Positions 30,031-43,285 of a stretch of DNA of 64,000 nt are shown piece after piece. Origin of the DNA: the human T2T-CHM13v2.0 reference genome, Homo sapiens. Location: assembly GCF_009914755.1 (NCBI RefSeq), contig NC_060928.1; one strand, given 5' to 3'. The notes under the pieces were generated by a model. It saw only the letters and a list, made by a program, of their open reading frames with translations. It was not told the origin of the DNA and ran no database searches. Within the stretch, counting starts at the first letter, position 1. Every line of letters begins with the position of its first letter. Both the position numbers and the translations under genes were made by a program.

Positions 30031-30355
30031 GGCCAGACATGGTAATTCATGCCTGTATTTCCAGTACTTTGGAAGGCCAAGGTGGGAGAATCACTTGAGG
30101 CCAGGAGTTTGAGACCAGCCTGGACAACATAGCAAAGCCTGTCTCTGTTAAAAAAAAAAAAAAAAAAAAAATAGCTGGGCGTGTTGGCATGCACCTGTAA
30201 TCCTAGCTACTTGGGAGGCTGAGGTGGGAGGATCACTTGAGCCCAGGAGTTCAAGTGAGCTATGATCGTGCCACTGCACTCTAACCTGGGCAACAGAATG
30301 AGACTCTGTCTCTTTAAAAAAAAAAAAAAAGAGAGAGAGAGAGAAAGAAAAAAAA
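30031..30355 (+). mobile_element. Alu (AluJ-like) with expanded middle A22 linker and A/(GA)n tail
   Basis: ggccagacatggtaattcatgcctgta...gagactctgtctc; agtattt on both flanks. Confidence 0.92.
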
Positions 30356-33204
30356 CACACAAGTATTTGGGATATGTGTGATATGTGCTAATTAAGCTTA
30401 AAAGAGTCTGGTAATTAAATGTTCTCAAATACATTTCTCCCAAGTATTGGTATTCCTGAAAAAGTCTTCAGAATGGTGGAATATTATGCCACAAGATGTG
30501 TTTCCATGCAAACTGGCAGTCCCAGGGAGAGCAATGGTGTCTATAGAAATTCAGAATATCTAAACCAGCTTGTTTCTTAGTAATGTTTTAGAATGGACAA
30601 CATCTTTCTTGGAGGTAAGAACTTTGCAAGATAGGACTTTTTATGCCAACATTTTAAGTGCCAGGAGAGTTCAGTAAGCCATGACTTTGAGATATATTGG
30701 TTCTAAAATTTGCCAACTAGGGTCCACCATCAATTGAGAAAGAAAAATGTTTTGTTTGAACTGATCAGGTCAGTCAGTTACTAGTTCCAGAACACACTGT
30801 GCTTTTACTGTAACCACGCTTTCTTTTTTTAAGATAACTGAAATCAACTAAATAGAAAACATAATTTTTGGAGACTGCAATTTAAAAGCATTTGAAAGGA
30901 AATCATTTTTAATAGAGGAATTGCAAACCAGAGAATAATAAGCTCCTGGAAGGATAAGGGTAAAGAGTTTTGTGTTTGTTATTACTTCTCCTATAGCAAG
31001 AAATTCTTATTCAAATTGAAACGGTCTAACAGTTGTTTGTTTGGGTGTTTTGTTTGGTTAGTTGGTTTTGTTTTGTTTTTTTCTAATTAAAAAGTCCTTG
31101 TTACATCAAGGGACTCATAACCATTCCCTATTGGCCCCTGGATACTTTGCATATCCTGAAACAACCAGCACTGATCAGAAAGCATTCAGTCCAGTCAGAA
31201 TTCAAGGTGGGAAAAGTAGGTGTATTTCTGAACCATTTGGGAAGGAAAATCATTTTTCTGAACAACACTACCTGCATTTCTGTTTCTGCAGACAATCAAA
31301 AAACAAACCAATAAAAATAAGTAAGTGAAAGAAAGGCCAAATAGCATTATTCATTTGCCTTAGGTTTACAGGGTCACAGATTCATTAGCTTAATTACAAC
31401 CTCATTTGGATGCCAAAGAATGAGCAAGAGCAATCAGTATTGCTACCTGGCTCTTGCTTCTTCTTCCTGGGTTTGTTTTGTTTTTCAGAGAAACAGGGAA
31501 GGGAGGACATTTTCTAATATAATTGTTTATAGGGACAAATTGTTAAAATATGATGTGTGTGCATTTTGCAAGTTTGACTTGTGTAAAATAGATTACCTCT
31601 CCTGTCTTCTTTCCTTCCCACACTGTATACCATCCTGCCTCATGTCAACCCAATGAAATTGATTCCATTATTTTTCCTCTTTCTTATTTCCAAACCTCAT
31701 AGGCTATCTTGCCTATGAACAGTTGAAAGTTTTGACTTCTTTGGACTCAATTGAATTCACTAAAACAATGAATTTTAATAATTTTTTTCCAAATTCTTAT
31801 TCCCATTGCCTTTAAAAGTCCTTTAGAGGCAGGTTGTATAATCATAATAGCCTCCTCTGAACTGCCTTGAGTTGTTTTTCTTTTCTGCTTTTCTGTCACT
31901 TATGTAAAGAGTACATGTATTTACATAAACCTTCTCTGTCCCGGCCTATTTCAAAATAAAGTGGAAATAAAAATCTTTAGCTCAATCTTACAGAAATTTA
32001 TATTATCTACCCCAGAGTTTGAAGATAAGGCCATCTCCTTACACTATAATTGTAATATAGTGAACTTAAAGTGTATCAATCCTTTATCAAACTTGTTTAT
32101 TCATTAGCTTTTTCAGTCTCCAGTAGGCCCATTTTACAATTTATTATTATTCCTCCTAGAAGGGCTTATCATTCAAATAGCACACCACTAGTTACAGACT
32201 ATCCTTGATCCATTTCATCTTTTTTGTATATTACCCCCATTACAAATTTCTACTTCTATATAACACCCTACCCACTTCCCCTCAGCCTTGCAGACAGCCT
32301 GCAAACTGTCTAAATTTCTCCCATAAAAATATGTAGAACATCTGTTTCCTCTAGACAGCATTTATATAGATTTGGAAGAGAGTTCTCTAAACATATACCA
32401 AAGAGTATGCAGCCTAACCTCGAAAAGTTAACAATAAGTGAGCATCATGATGGAGAGAGGGAATTCACAGTGGATGGAAGACACCTTGGAATTATTAATA
32501 TGATTGGGGACCTGGTCTTGGTGCTGTCTCTGCCACTGCCTAGGAGCATGACTTTGAACATGCCACCAGATGACCTCCAAGTTCTCTTCCAAAACTAAAT
32601 TTCAAAGGTAATTTTAGAGAAGTTCATTTGTATGGGAGGTTAGCAGAAAGATACAGGAGGACCATGGCCTCTGCTAACATAACCCAACTAATTTAGTAAT
32701 AATTCTTGATATCATGTCTTTGAGAGTAAGCCATCTGGTATCAAGTGAATTGAATTCAATACCTATTCATGTTCCTTTAAAAATATATAGGACATACAGT
32801 TACATTTGCAAGCCAAGTGGAAAAATGTTACTATTTTTGTAATTTTCTATAACTACAATATTTCCCTTTAAGAGAGAGTCTCAGATAATACAAATCCTTT
32901 ATTTTTAGATCCCTGGAAGATAAAGATGTTCTTAAACCATTCTCTGTAATTCAATTAAGGAACAGCCATGCAACACCCCATCATGGGTAGAAAAGCCAAT
33001 CTCTAGGCAGCATCTAAGCCCAAATGTTGTTGCAGTGCCCTCCTCAGTCTTGGACCCCACACTGTCTTGTTTCCTGAAAGTAGAGTAGCAGATATTTTTG
33101 AGCTCTCAGGCAAGAAGCAGCTTTCCATCTATAATAGTTGGAAAGATCCAAGGTCTTTAGAACATCTGTTATCCACTCTCCTTGCTCAAGTCCTTCCACC
33201 CCGG

Positions 33205-33249
33205 CTTACCTAGTTAACTACTTACCTAGTTAACTACTTACCTAGTTAA
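33205..33249. repeat. 16-bp minisatellite (CTTACCTAGTTAACTA) x2.8
   Basis: perfect copies at 33205, 33221 and partial at 33237. Confidence 0.93.
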
Positions 33250-35626
33250 ATCCACTGGTGTTAGGCACAGCCATGACAAAACTGACAGTTTATTAATTTG
33301 TGATTAGCATTCTAGCTATTCATGTTCTTCAAGCATGCATGAAGAATTCCGGTCTCTGAACATTGTCCTCAATACAACTTCTGTAAACAGATGTTCTTAA
33401 CTTTTTCTTCTTTGTTGAAAGATACCTTCCAACTCTAAACTTTCATGATTTTCCTGAGTATTTCCTGGCCATTCAAGCTTTTTCCACTCTACTAAGCTGT
33501 CTAGATTTTATCCATTTTACCTTGATGATCCAGATTTTGGGCAGTTCAAAAATGAGTAGAGAGTAAGGGGGAAGAGAACTATTCCCACTCCCAACAGATA
33601 AATATCATGCTCAGTAGACACTCTGTGTCCAGTTTTGTTTTCTGCTTTTTCCATCTGTTCCACCCACTTGCTTACCCATACATAAAAGCCTTTCCTTAGT
33701 CTCTTGAGAAAATATATAGAAGGAAAGTTTGCACAGCAGCAAAATAGCCTGAAATGTGCTCCAGTTCTTTTTGGTTAACATTATTGTTTAGACCATATGA
33801 CCCAATTTGCCTCAGACAGTCTCAGTGTGTAATTATTAATAAAACTCCTTTTCACTCTCAAAATTGTCCATGTGAATAATAAATGATACGACCACCATAA
33901 TTATGGGATCTCAGCCACCTGAAGGGTGGGGAAATATTAATAAATGTAACATTAACACACTACAGAAAACATGTCTTGGCTCCCTACAAATCATTTAAGT
34001 CTGGCCCAGTCTTCTCCACCACTCGTTCATACTCACCTTATTTCTCCATGAGTTCCTTAATTAGCTGCAAGCAAGCTCATCCTCAGGTCTTCCTTATCCT
34101 TCCACTCCAACATCCACACATCATCCCAAAATGTCCTCACTGCTGTGCTTGAAGTTTTACATTTTATTTCCACTGATTAGATATTTTTCTTCCTAGCCCC
34201 ATCTCAATCGTGGTTTATGAATCAGGCCAACATCCTCAAAAATGCTGTCCATGAGCACCCTGCCTCATTCTGTTCACTCTCCTGTTAACACTCCCTCAAT
34301 TCTTGTGGTCACTTTATTCAATAATAATAGACAGTTTATTTGCACATTTCTAGTTTTGCAAAGAGATATTCTGCCTCCCTTTGTGAGGTCCTTAAAAGCA
34401 AACACCCCATTTTCTAATTCTTTTGTATTGTCCAAAGCAACTATTGTTCTGCCCATGGCAGGGTCTATAAATGCTGATTAGATCACCTACAGTGGGAAAG
34501 GCAGCAAAAGACAAACACTTTTTCATAACAGGCAATATTTCAGGATTATAGATAATACCTTGTGGGACAGATGACCTCCTCTCTCAAATTATTTTAGTCC
34601 CATAGAGCCTCTATCTACAACCTCTCAAAGAATAAAAAATGCAGTCAAAGGTACAGTTGAATCCAGGTTTGTGTCTTGCAAAGTGGTCATTAAGATTTTT
34701 TTCTACTGGGATTTTCCAAGCAGACTGAATCCTGATAATACCACCAATCTAGATTCTACCAGTTCTAGAAGAATTGAATATTCCTTGCTAATTACCGCTG
34801 CTTTTCCTTTATGGAAAAAGGAAAGTTTTCTTTTATAGTTTTTTCCCCTGTTTATCATTGTTTGCCTTATTAATGGCCTTTTAAATCTAGGTTCTACAGG
34901 GTATTTATTCTTGAAGCTGGGGCTACACTGTATTATTGATGGAACATTCCCATGTGAATTCTAATACTCCCAGAAGGTACTGCACAACAAATCCTATTTC
35001 TGCCAAGATATAAATAGAAGATTTAGAACTATATAAGAGGGATGGACAGTTCTTGACATTCACCACTGCTTCTCAAGAGTGCATAAAATATAATAGATGT
35101 ACAAGGAAATGCATTTTCTGCCTCCACCCCCTTTTTTCAATTATTAACTTTCCAGTTGTCCTGTTAAATAATTTACTAATTTGCATAAAAGAAATATATA
35201 ATTTGCAAGCCTTACCTCAGAGTGGCAACCAGCCATCCCAGTTTACTAGATAACGTATTTTTCTACCTGATACTCCTCAAATAAATTGAATTGCAGTGTA
35301 TCTGCTTTTTCTTTTTTTAAGCTAATTAATTCATTGTTGATCTGTTTGTTAGATCTTTTTAAAATACTCACTGGATAAAGCTTGAAATTTTACAACAATG
35401 CCCCTGAGACAATTTTAGGGAAGTCCTTTGATTATTCTAACTTAACTTCAGTGTCATGGAAAACAGAATTATATATCCAAGTGTTCTTTCATATTCAGAA
35501 CATCCAGTACTCTTCCAAGAAGGGAATGTTCATGATTATATACACATATATTTATTGACTGTGTTGCTCAGCTTCTTATCTCAAGGAGAGTCAGTAACTC
35601 TTTTTCTTGATAAAAACTACCATGTC

Positions 35627-35937
<311 letters not shown>

Positions 35938-37740
35938 CTACCACGTGGCATTATACAAAGCCAAGATTTCACAACATTTTTGAAAATTCCAAATGACTTA
36001 CATGTTTACAAGGACCAAAAACTTTTTGATATTTTAAAATAAGCTTTATCCTTTTTAACCACCATGCAGCATGCTGTGCCATCATGATGGAAGCCTGATG
36101 GCTAATGTGAAATAATGTTGGCATGTCATTTAAAAGGTTAACAGACATGAAAATTGGGAAGTTTAATATTGTTTAATACAAATAAAATTGTTTTTGAAAG
36201 AAAGGCATCTGTGTTGAGCGTGGCTTGCTTGAAAACTTCTCCTGTCTATCATCTCTGAACATTATTTTGCTCCTCTTGACTTTACTCAAGGGGCCTAATC
36301 CTACAGTGATTCAGGAGGTTTGAGAAAGCAGGACTCATGAGACTAAAAATTAGGAAACTACTATCCTGCCAGCAATGGGACACCTCTTTGGCTACCACCT
36401 CACCTAAAACTTCATTGAATCAGAAAATTAGCTGAACTTTCCACACCAGTCTCCTGCAATTTTAATTCATAGCATCCTGTACTAAATAGCTGGGGCTTTC
36501 AAAAGCAGGTGCTACGTATATACAGAAAGAAATACATACCTTCTGTTGCCTCTCAAAATCCGTTATGCTAAACTCACCAAATACGTTACATGTTAAATGT
36601 TTCATTCCTTGTGTTTTTAGATCTCCAGTTACCAATTTGCTATCTATCCTCCTACCAAACATTATTTAACCAACTCATATCCTGATTGGTATTACAATTC
36701 TTGTAAATAAAAGAATCCTTTTCTCCCTCTTTATTTTTACCAAGTAGACTTCTTTCATTGCAAATAAACATAAATTACAATATTTTAAGGCTCTTTGACA
36801 TAAGCATTTGCTTTCTTACCTAAGCAGGTAATACTTTTGTATACCTACCAGACACTAAAGAAGCTAAATGTCAAGAGTGAGTATTTCAGTAAAACCTGTA
36901 GAAATTTTAATGAAATGGGACAGGTTTAAAAAAATGCCAAGAAAGGAAAAGGTGGACTCCTTACTTTTATATTTCAAGTTTTCTATTTTGTATCAATATA
37001 TGCTGCATTTTCTGATTGAAATTGCTGTTCTGTCTAATGAAACTTGTGATTTTCTGTAGTTGCTTTTTACATTTGAAAGCAAACTTTCATACTGTGTGTG
37101 CTTAACTGTACCCCTTCTGTTAGGGATTTGATTAAAATACTCTAACCGTTTCATTAATTCCTTTTTATGTGCTTAATGTATGTGACATTTATGGCTTTGT
37201 TATCTCAAAAGCTATCTGTGGACAAAATCCATGAAGCCTGTTGACTGTGATTTATACACGTGAAAGAAAAAAACCAATTTCCTCCTAAGCAGTGAATCAG
37301 TGAATAAGAAACTGTTCAGTGGCCTCTGATTCCTGACCCTTTTACCCTTCATGGCCTTTTTTCTATTCTTAATTATTCCTTGAGTAATTGTGTGTTCTTG
37401 TAAAATGCAAAATCAATTTACATGCAATCAGGTATGGACACAAGAAATGCTTGTGCTCTCGATTTCAGGACTCACAGATACCATAACAGTCACGGGACTG
37501 TAGTTCACTCAGTATTTTTTGTTAATAATGTGGCTTTGCTATAAAATAACTTGGTGTTTCCTTTGCTTTGGTACTACAAGATTTTAAATGTTGCAGCAAA
37601 TGAAAGAATGAAAACACATTTGAAAGCTGGTGTCAAAAATCATCAGCTGTACTTATAAAAGTTGTTGTGCAGCTTCTGAAATGTAGTTTATTGCTGTAAA
37701 TATGTACAATTTATGTTAGCTCGTTTATTCTGAAAACACA

Positions 37741-37746
37741 AATAAA
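37741..37746 (+). terminator. Candidate distal polyadenylation signal of GABRB1
   Basis: AATAAA with upstream TGTAAATA/TGTA (37695-37706) and downstream T-rich sequence. Confidence 0.5.
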
Positions 37747-39725
37747 ACTTTTTTTTAAATTACAAATGCCTACATATAAAAAGCTTACTTTGTACTACGT
37801 TTTAAAACATGCAAGATTTCAGGCATATCTTTTTATAATCCTTAAAAATGTTTAGAATTTTGAATCTATCATTTGAGAACTTTTATTACAAAATTTAATA
37901 CAAAGCTACATCCCTTTATTTGGAAGAAATTCATTTCAGGATTACTCAACAATCAAAAAAAAAAAAAAAGATACCAGCACATTTCCAGGAGCTTGTGTCT
38001 GTACCACTTTGATTTTTTTAAATATTATTTAAGATGACAACATGCCTTACAAACACTTAAACATATGGTGTGTTTATACTAGAAAAGAAGAAATGAACAG
38101 TCTCCTTGTATTCAAAAATAATGCCTAAAACTGACTTATTGGCATCCCTTTGTGAGGTGTATTATGTCAAACTTCTTTGAAAATCTCCACTGTAAATATG
38201 AATATTAGAGTTGGCCTATTTGTCAGACTTTCCTAATTTGAAGACCTCCAACTTCCAAATTAATTCTCTCCCTTGAGAAAGAATGTGTTGACAATAAAAC
38301 AATGAAGAGACCAAAAGTGTGAATTTTATTCATCCATTAACTGGTGATTAGTAGAAAAGCTTTTCAATAAAAGTCTAAACTCCAACCCAGGGATGACTTT
38401 AACATCCATTTAACAAAATAACTGGGAATCGCCACTTTAAAAGCTGAGCTTTGGCCTGCAGAGCTGGATATATCTGAGGCATCCTACACTGGCTACTATT
38501 TCCACAGACTACATTACACAATGGGAGAAATAAATACCCATCAGTTTTATTTAAAGCAGAAAAGGAACACATGTATATGTAACACGTTTAGAATTTGCTA
38601 TGTCAATAAGAAGCCTGAGTAAGACAGGTGTTTAGCATCCAGCATCTTCCTAAACAAAGGAAAGTGTTGTTTAATTCAGCAATGATTGAATAGTAATCAT
38701 GCAAGGGCAATGGGAAAAGGATAAAGATATCAAACCGATCTTCTCAGTCTCAGAGAAAATTACAGTTTAGATGGGGAGGCCAACTTAATAAACCATATTA
38801 GGGCAAACTAGCATATCTACACATTCACAATAATTACAAAGTGAATATGAAAGTGCTTGGATGAAAGTATTTTTGTCATACACTGGCATGCAAGAGAGTT
38901 CTCCAGGCACCTGGGAACATATGTTTGCATAGTCTCTGTATCTGTGTCACTAGTATCCCAGTTATTTCATATCTGAGTCCACTGCATAATTTTTCTCTTT
39001 TTTTAATTCTGAAACATTTCAAACATAACCATCACCCAGATTCCACAACTATCCAAAAGTCTGCAACAATTAAGCTGCACTTGCTTCATTTAATCAGTTG
39101 TGGGGTTTTCTTCTAAAGTATGTCAAGGTAAATCTTATCCCTTATGTGATTTCACTTATACATATATCTGTAAATTATGGGGATTAAGAAAATCTAACCA
39201 TAATAACCATTATCATACCAAACAAAAATAATAGCTCCTTGACATTTAATGAATTTTATTCACATTTCCCCAATTGTCTCCAAAATACCTTTTTACAGTT
39301 GTTTTTTCAAGTGAGGATCCAAGTGAGGTCTCTTAAGTCTCTTTGACTCTAGAACATTTCCTCTCTCCCTTTCTTTTATGCTGGAAGCTCTGCCAGTTCT
39401 GCAGAACGTGCTTACACATGGTGCTATTCAGCTTGGCCATTTTTTTCTCTGAAGATAACATTAGAATTTGCTTCATAGACATTTTGTGAGAATTAAATTA
39501 ATCCAAAATTTATGAGATTTTTGTTTTTCCCATTTTGTGCACAGAGATATGGAAGTTCATCAAGACAAAAAGAGTTTGCCAAGTAAGTGACCAAGCCAGA
39601 TGCCCAACTCCAAAGCTCGTACTCTGCCTTACACTTAGACATTCTAATCGTTCAGAATATAAACAGAATTAATCGAAAACTCTTGTTGAGCTTCAATATG
39701 TTCAGTTTCAATATACATTATGAAG

Positions 39726-39847
39726 TGTACATTAATGAAAAACACATAGTACTGAAAGAAAATGTACACTGAATGTGTATTATGTGTTTTTCATTAATGT
39801 ACATTGTACAGTACAATGTATATTGTACACATAATACTGAAAGAAAA
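39726..39847. repeat. Cluster of inverted and direct repeats
   Basis: 27-bp inverted arms 39726-39752 / 39777-39803 (26/27); 10-bp arms 39800-39820; 21-bp direct repeat 39742-39762 / 39827-39847. Confidence 0.9.
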
Positions 39848-40589
39848 ACTGAGTTTACCAGGGTGAATTATAGTATCCATCTTACAAAACAGAAAGAAAT
39901 GAAATCCAAAGATAGTATTTAAAATATACTGTAAAGGGGTGGGGCATGTGGAAAAAATAATTTAATATACTGTAAAAACTTTTCTAATATAGAAATATTT
40001 AGTGTTTGAAATGAAAGCATTTTTAAAGACTTAAATTATAAAGATGTTCAAAGGAGGAACTGGTTTGCAATAAAATGTGGCTAGAGGAAACTCAAGTGAC
40101 TACAGAATTTTCCCATCCTCTTTTTAAATTACTATTTCACTGTAAAAATATAAATAAGTAAATAAGATCTAAAAACATAAGAGACCTGCAAGTATGGCAA
40201 GCCCATAATTTTTTAACTGTCAAGCAGTTTTATTTAAGAGGAAACAGTATATTTAATGTATTGCAATTCAGTAGATGATTCCATATTTAATAAATAAAAA
40301 TGTAATTATGTAATTTGATTTACTCTTTGGATTGTATTCTGATAATATTAAACCTTTAACTTAAAAATATTAACACATTTTAGCTTTCTTATGCAGAAGT
40401 CTATTTTCTACTCGGGAGAAAAATGGAAGAAACTGAGATCATGGTCTACATTTTGAGAATGTTTTTACTGCTCGATTAAATTTCTTGGTTTCCCATTTAA
40501 GACTTTATAAGAAGTAAATTATGTGGTTTTCATTTTAAGAATAGATGAATGCAGAAACATTATGTTGGAAAAAACAAAGAGACCCTAAA

Positions 40590-40591
<2 letters not shown>

Positions 40592-40630
<39 letters not shown>
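40592..40630. repeat. A39 homopolymer
   Basis: seen directly. Confidence 0.95.
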
Positions 40631-40633
<3 letters not shown>

Positions 40634-41535
40634 ACATACAACTAATGTTCCGCTCTGGAGAAATTAATAAAAAGTAAATCAACTTTTAAATCCGTTAACT
40701 TTGGCGTCTGGTAGCATATAAATAAAAGACAATATTTCACCTAAACTCGGGGTTTTCTTAAAAGAAAAATAAAATATTCATCATATATCCTAAACAGAAA
40801 ATATCAGTAGCAGGAGATGTCAATCTTGGCTGGACGTTGAGTCTATGAATATCATCATATCACATTCTCAACATAGGTATTAGCTACAGAAGTAACTCCC
40901 TTTTCAAAGAAAATAGCATTCTTAACAGAAACTTTAGCTTTATTAGAAGATAATTATGTCCCAATGTTAAACAAATATAACCTTAACTATTTCAATTATC
41001 ACAGGAATATGTGACATTATTATCAATGAATTATGTTTGGGTTTGCAAGGCAGGTCATCACAAGATTGAATCACTTTTGCTAGACAAGCTGTAGATCAGT
41101 CTGTCTGTGCGGTACAGCCTACCAGTTACGTACTCTGTATGTGCAAGGAGAGATAATCCTCTCAAAGGAGTTTATTTGAATCTGCTCTCCTTTAAAAGGG
41201 TCTTAACTATTTCCAGGATGCTTTTTCTTAAATAACCCTAAGCAGAAAATAAAACGCTACATGATATAGCTCAGCTTTTGACCCTAATTCTAAGATTCAA
41301 TCTTATCAAGCTATAGTTACAGGGATAAAATAAACATTGCATCCTATCTTCTCATCTTCTCTAATGACTTCAGAATTAACATAACTACACTACTTTATAA
41401 TTAACTGCCCACAACATCTCTCAGGCATTCAGTTCACATTAGACTAAGAACAAAAAATAATTTTTTTCTTAACCTAAAATTTTAATGACATGGGCTTACA
41501 CTTCCAATCAAGATGGATTAACAGGTACAGAATTT

Positions 41536-42291
41536 TCCCCTTTACAACAGCTGCCAAAAATAAAATAAAATACCTAGGAGTATATTTAACCAATGAGGTG
41601 AAAGATTTCTACAAGGAGAACTACAAAAACACTGCTGAAAAAAATCATAGACGATATAAACAAATGAAAACATACCCCATGCTCATGGATTAGAAGAATC
41701 AATATTGTGCAAATGACCATGGTGCCCAAAGCAATCTACAGATTCAATGTAATTCCCATCAAAATACCAACATCATTTTTCATAGAATTAGAAAAAACAA
41801 TCCTAAAATTCACATGGAACCCAAAAAGAGCCTGAATAGCCAAAGCAATCCTAAGCAAAAAGAACAAATTATACTACAAGGTGATAGCTACCAAAACAGC
41901 ATGGTGCTGGTATAAAAGTAGGCACATAGACCAATTGAACAGAATAGAGAACCTAGAAGTAAAGCCAAATATGTACAGTCAACTGATCTTGAACAAAGCA
42001 CACCAAAACATAAATTGAGGAAGAGATACCCTATTTAATAAATGGTGCTGGGAAAACTGGCAAGCCACATGTAGAAGAATGAAACAAATCATTATCGCTC
42101 ACCTATACAAAAATTAACTCGATGCATCTTGAGTTGGACTTAAATCTAAGACCTAAAACTATAAAAATTCTAGAAGACAACATTAGAAAAACTCTTCTAG
42201 ACACGAGCCTAGGCAAAGAATTCATGACTAAGACTCCAAAAGCAAAAACACTTGTACTCCAAAAGCTATTGAAATAAAAATTACTTTTAAA
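41536..42291 (+). mobile_element. 5'-truncated, internally deleted L1PB/L1MA-type insertion with TSDs
   Basis: ORF2-like text (IKYLGVYLTNEVKDFYKENYK); 3' end aagctattgaaataaaaa; TSD aacaggtacag(a/g)attt at 41520-41535 / 42292-42307. Confidence 0.85.
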
Positions 42292-43123
42292 AACAGGTAC
42301 AGGATTTACACTATGACTTGAAACAATCAAAAACAAAAACAGCCACCCACCCCCACTCCTGACTCCTTGACACACACAAACCACTGGTATTCAAGACACC
42401 AAGTATCAGGGAACACAGGATAATGATACCTGAGTGACAGGAAACAAAGCAGGTGCAGCCTACGACTGCTCCAGCTTACTTGACAGAGTTATCAGACCAC
42501 AGTTCAGAGACAGGAACCCGTGGGGAGCCTGGAGGGCTCCCTGAATTGAGGAAGTACAACTGAGAATCCGGGAAGACCAAGGCAGCTAGAATTCACAAGA
42601 GAGAAAACCAAAGAGGAGGAAGTTGCAGAAAAAAACAACCCCAGAAATCTAGAGCAGATTGCCCTTTGAGTATTCAGGAGAGTATCGATCAGTACGTACA
42701 TGTGAAGAAACAACCCAAGGCTGGAAAAAGAGCTACTTGAAGAAATTAGAGGGAACAGGTCTGGTACTCACGCATTGCCAGGAATAGTGCCTGTTCCCAA
42801 CAACTAAATTGGAAAATCTCTTAATTCACAAGGCAGTAGGTAAAGTACTCAAGACAGTCTTGTCTCAGTGATAGGGAATAATTAGCCCATTACTGAGCAC
42901 TGCTCTGGATCTGCCTCACAAATCAGAAAAGCAAGATCTTAATAGATCACTGTTTCCGAGTAACTTAATTGCATTCAATTCAAAACAAAGCTCAAGGATT
43001 ATTTACAGAAATATAAAAATTGCCAACAGCCAATAAGGTTAAATTCATCACGTCTGGCACCCAATCAGAAATTACCAGGCATTCAAAGAAAAAGGAAAAC
43101 GAGATCCATAATGAGAAGACTAG

Positions 43124-43285
<162 letters not shown>

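Noticed and set aside
33205-33249. Short direct repeats here (and at 4938, 60982) as CRISPR-like arrays
   Set aside because: Head-to-tail copies without unique spacers, in a mammalian context with no cas genes
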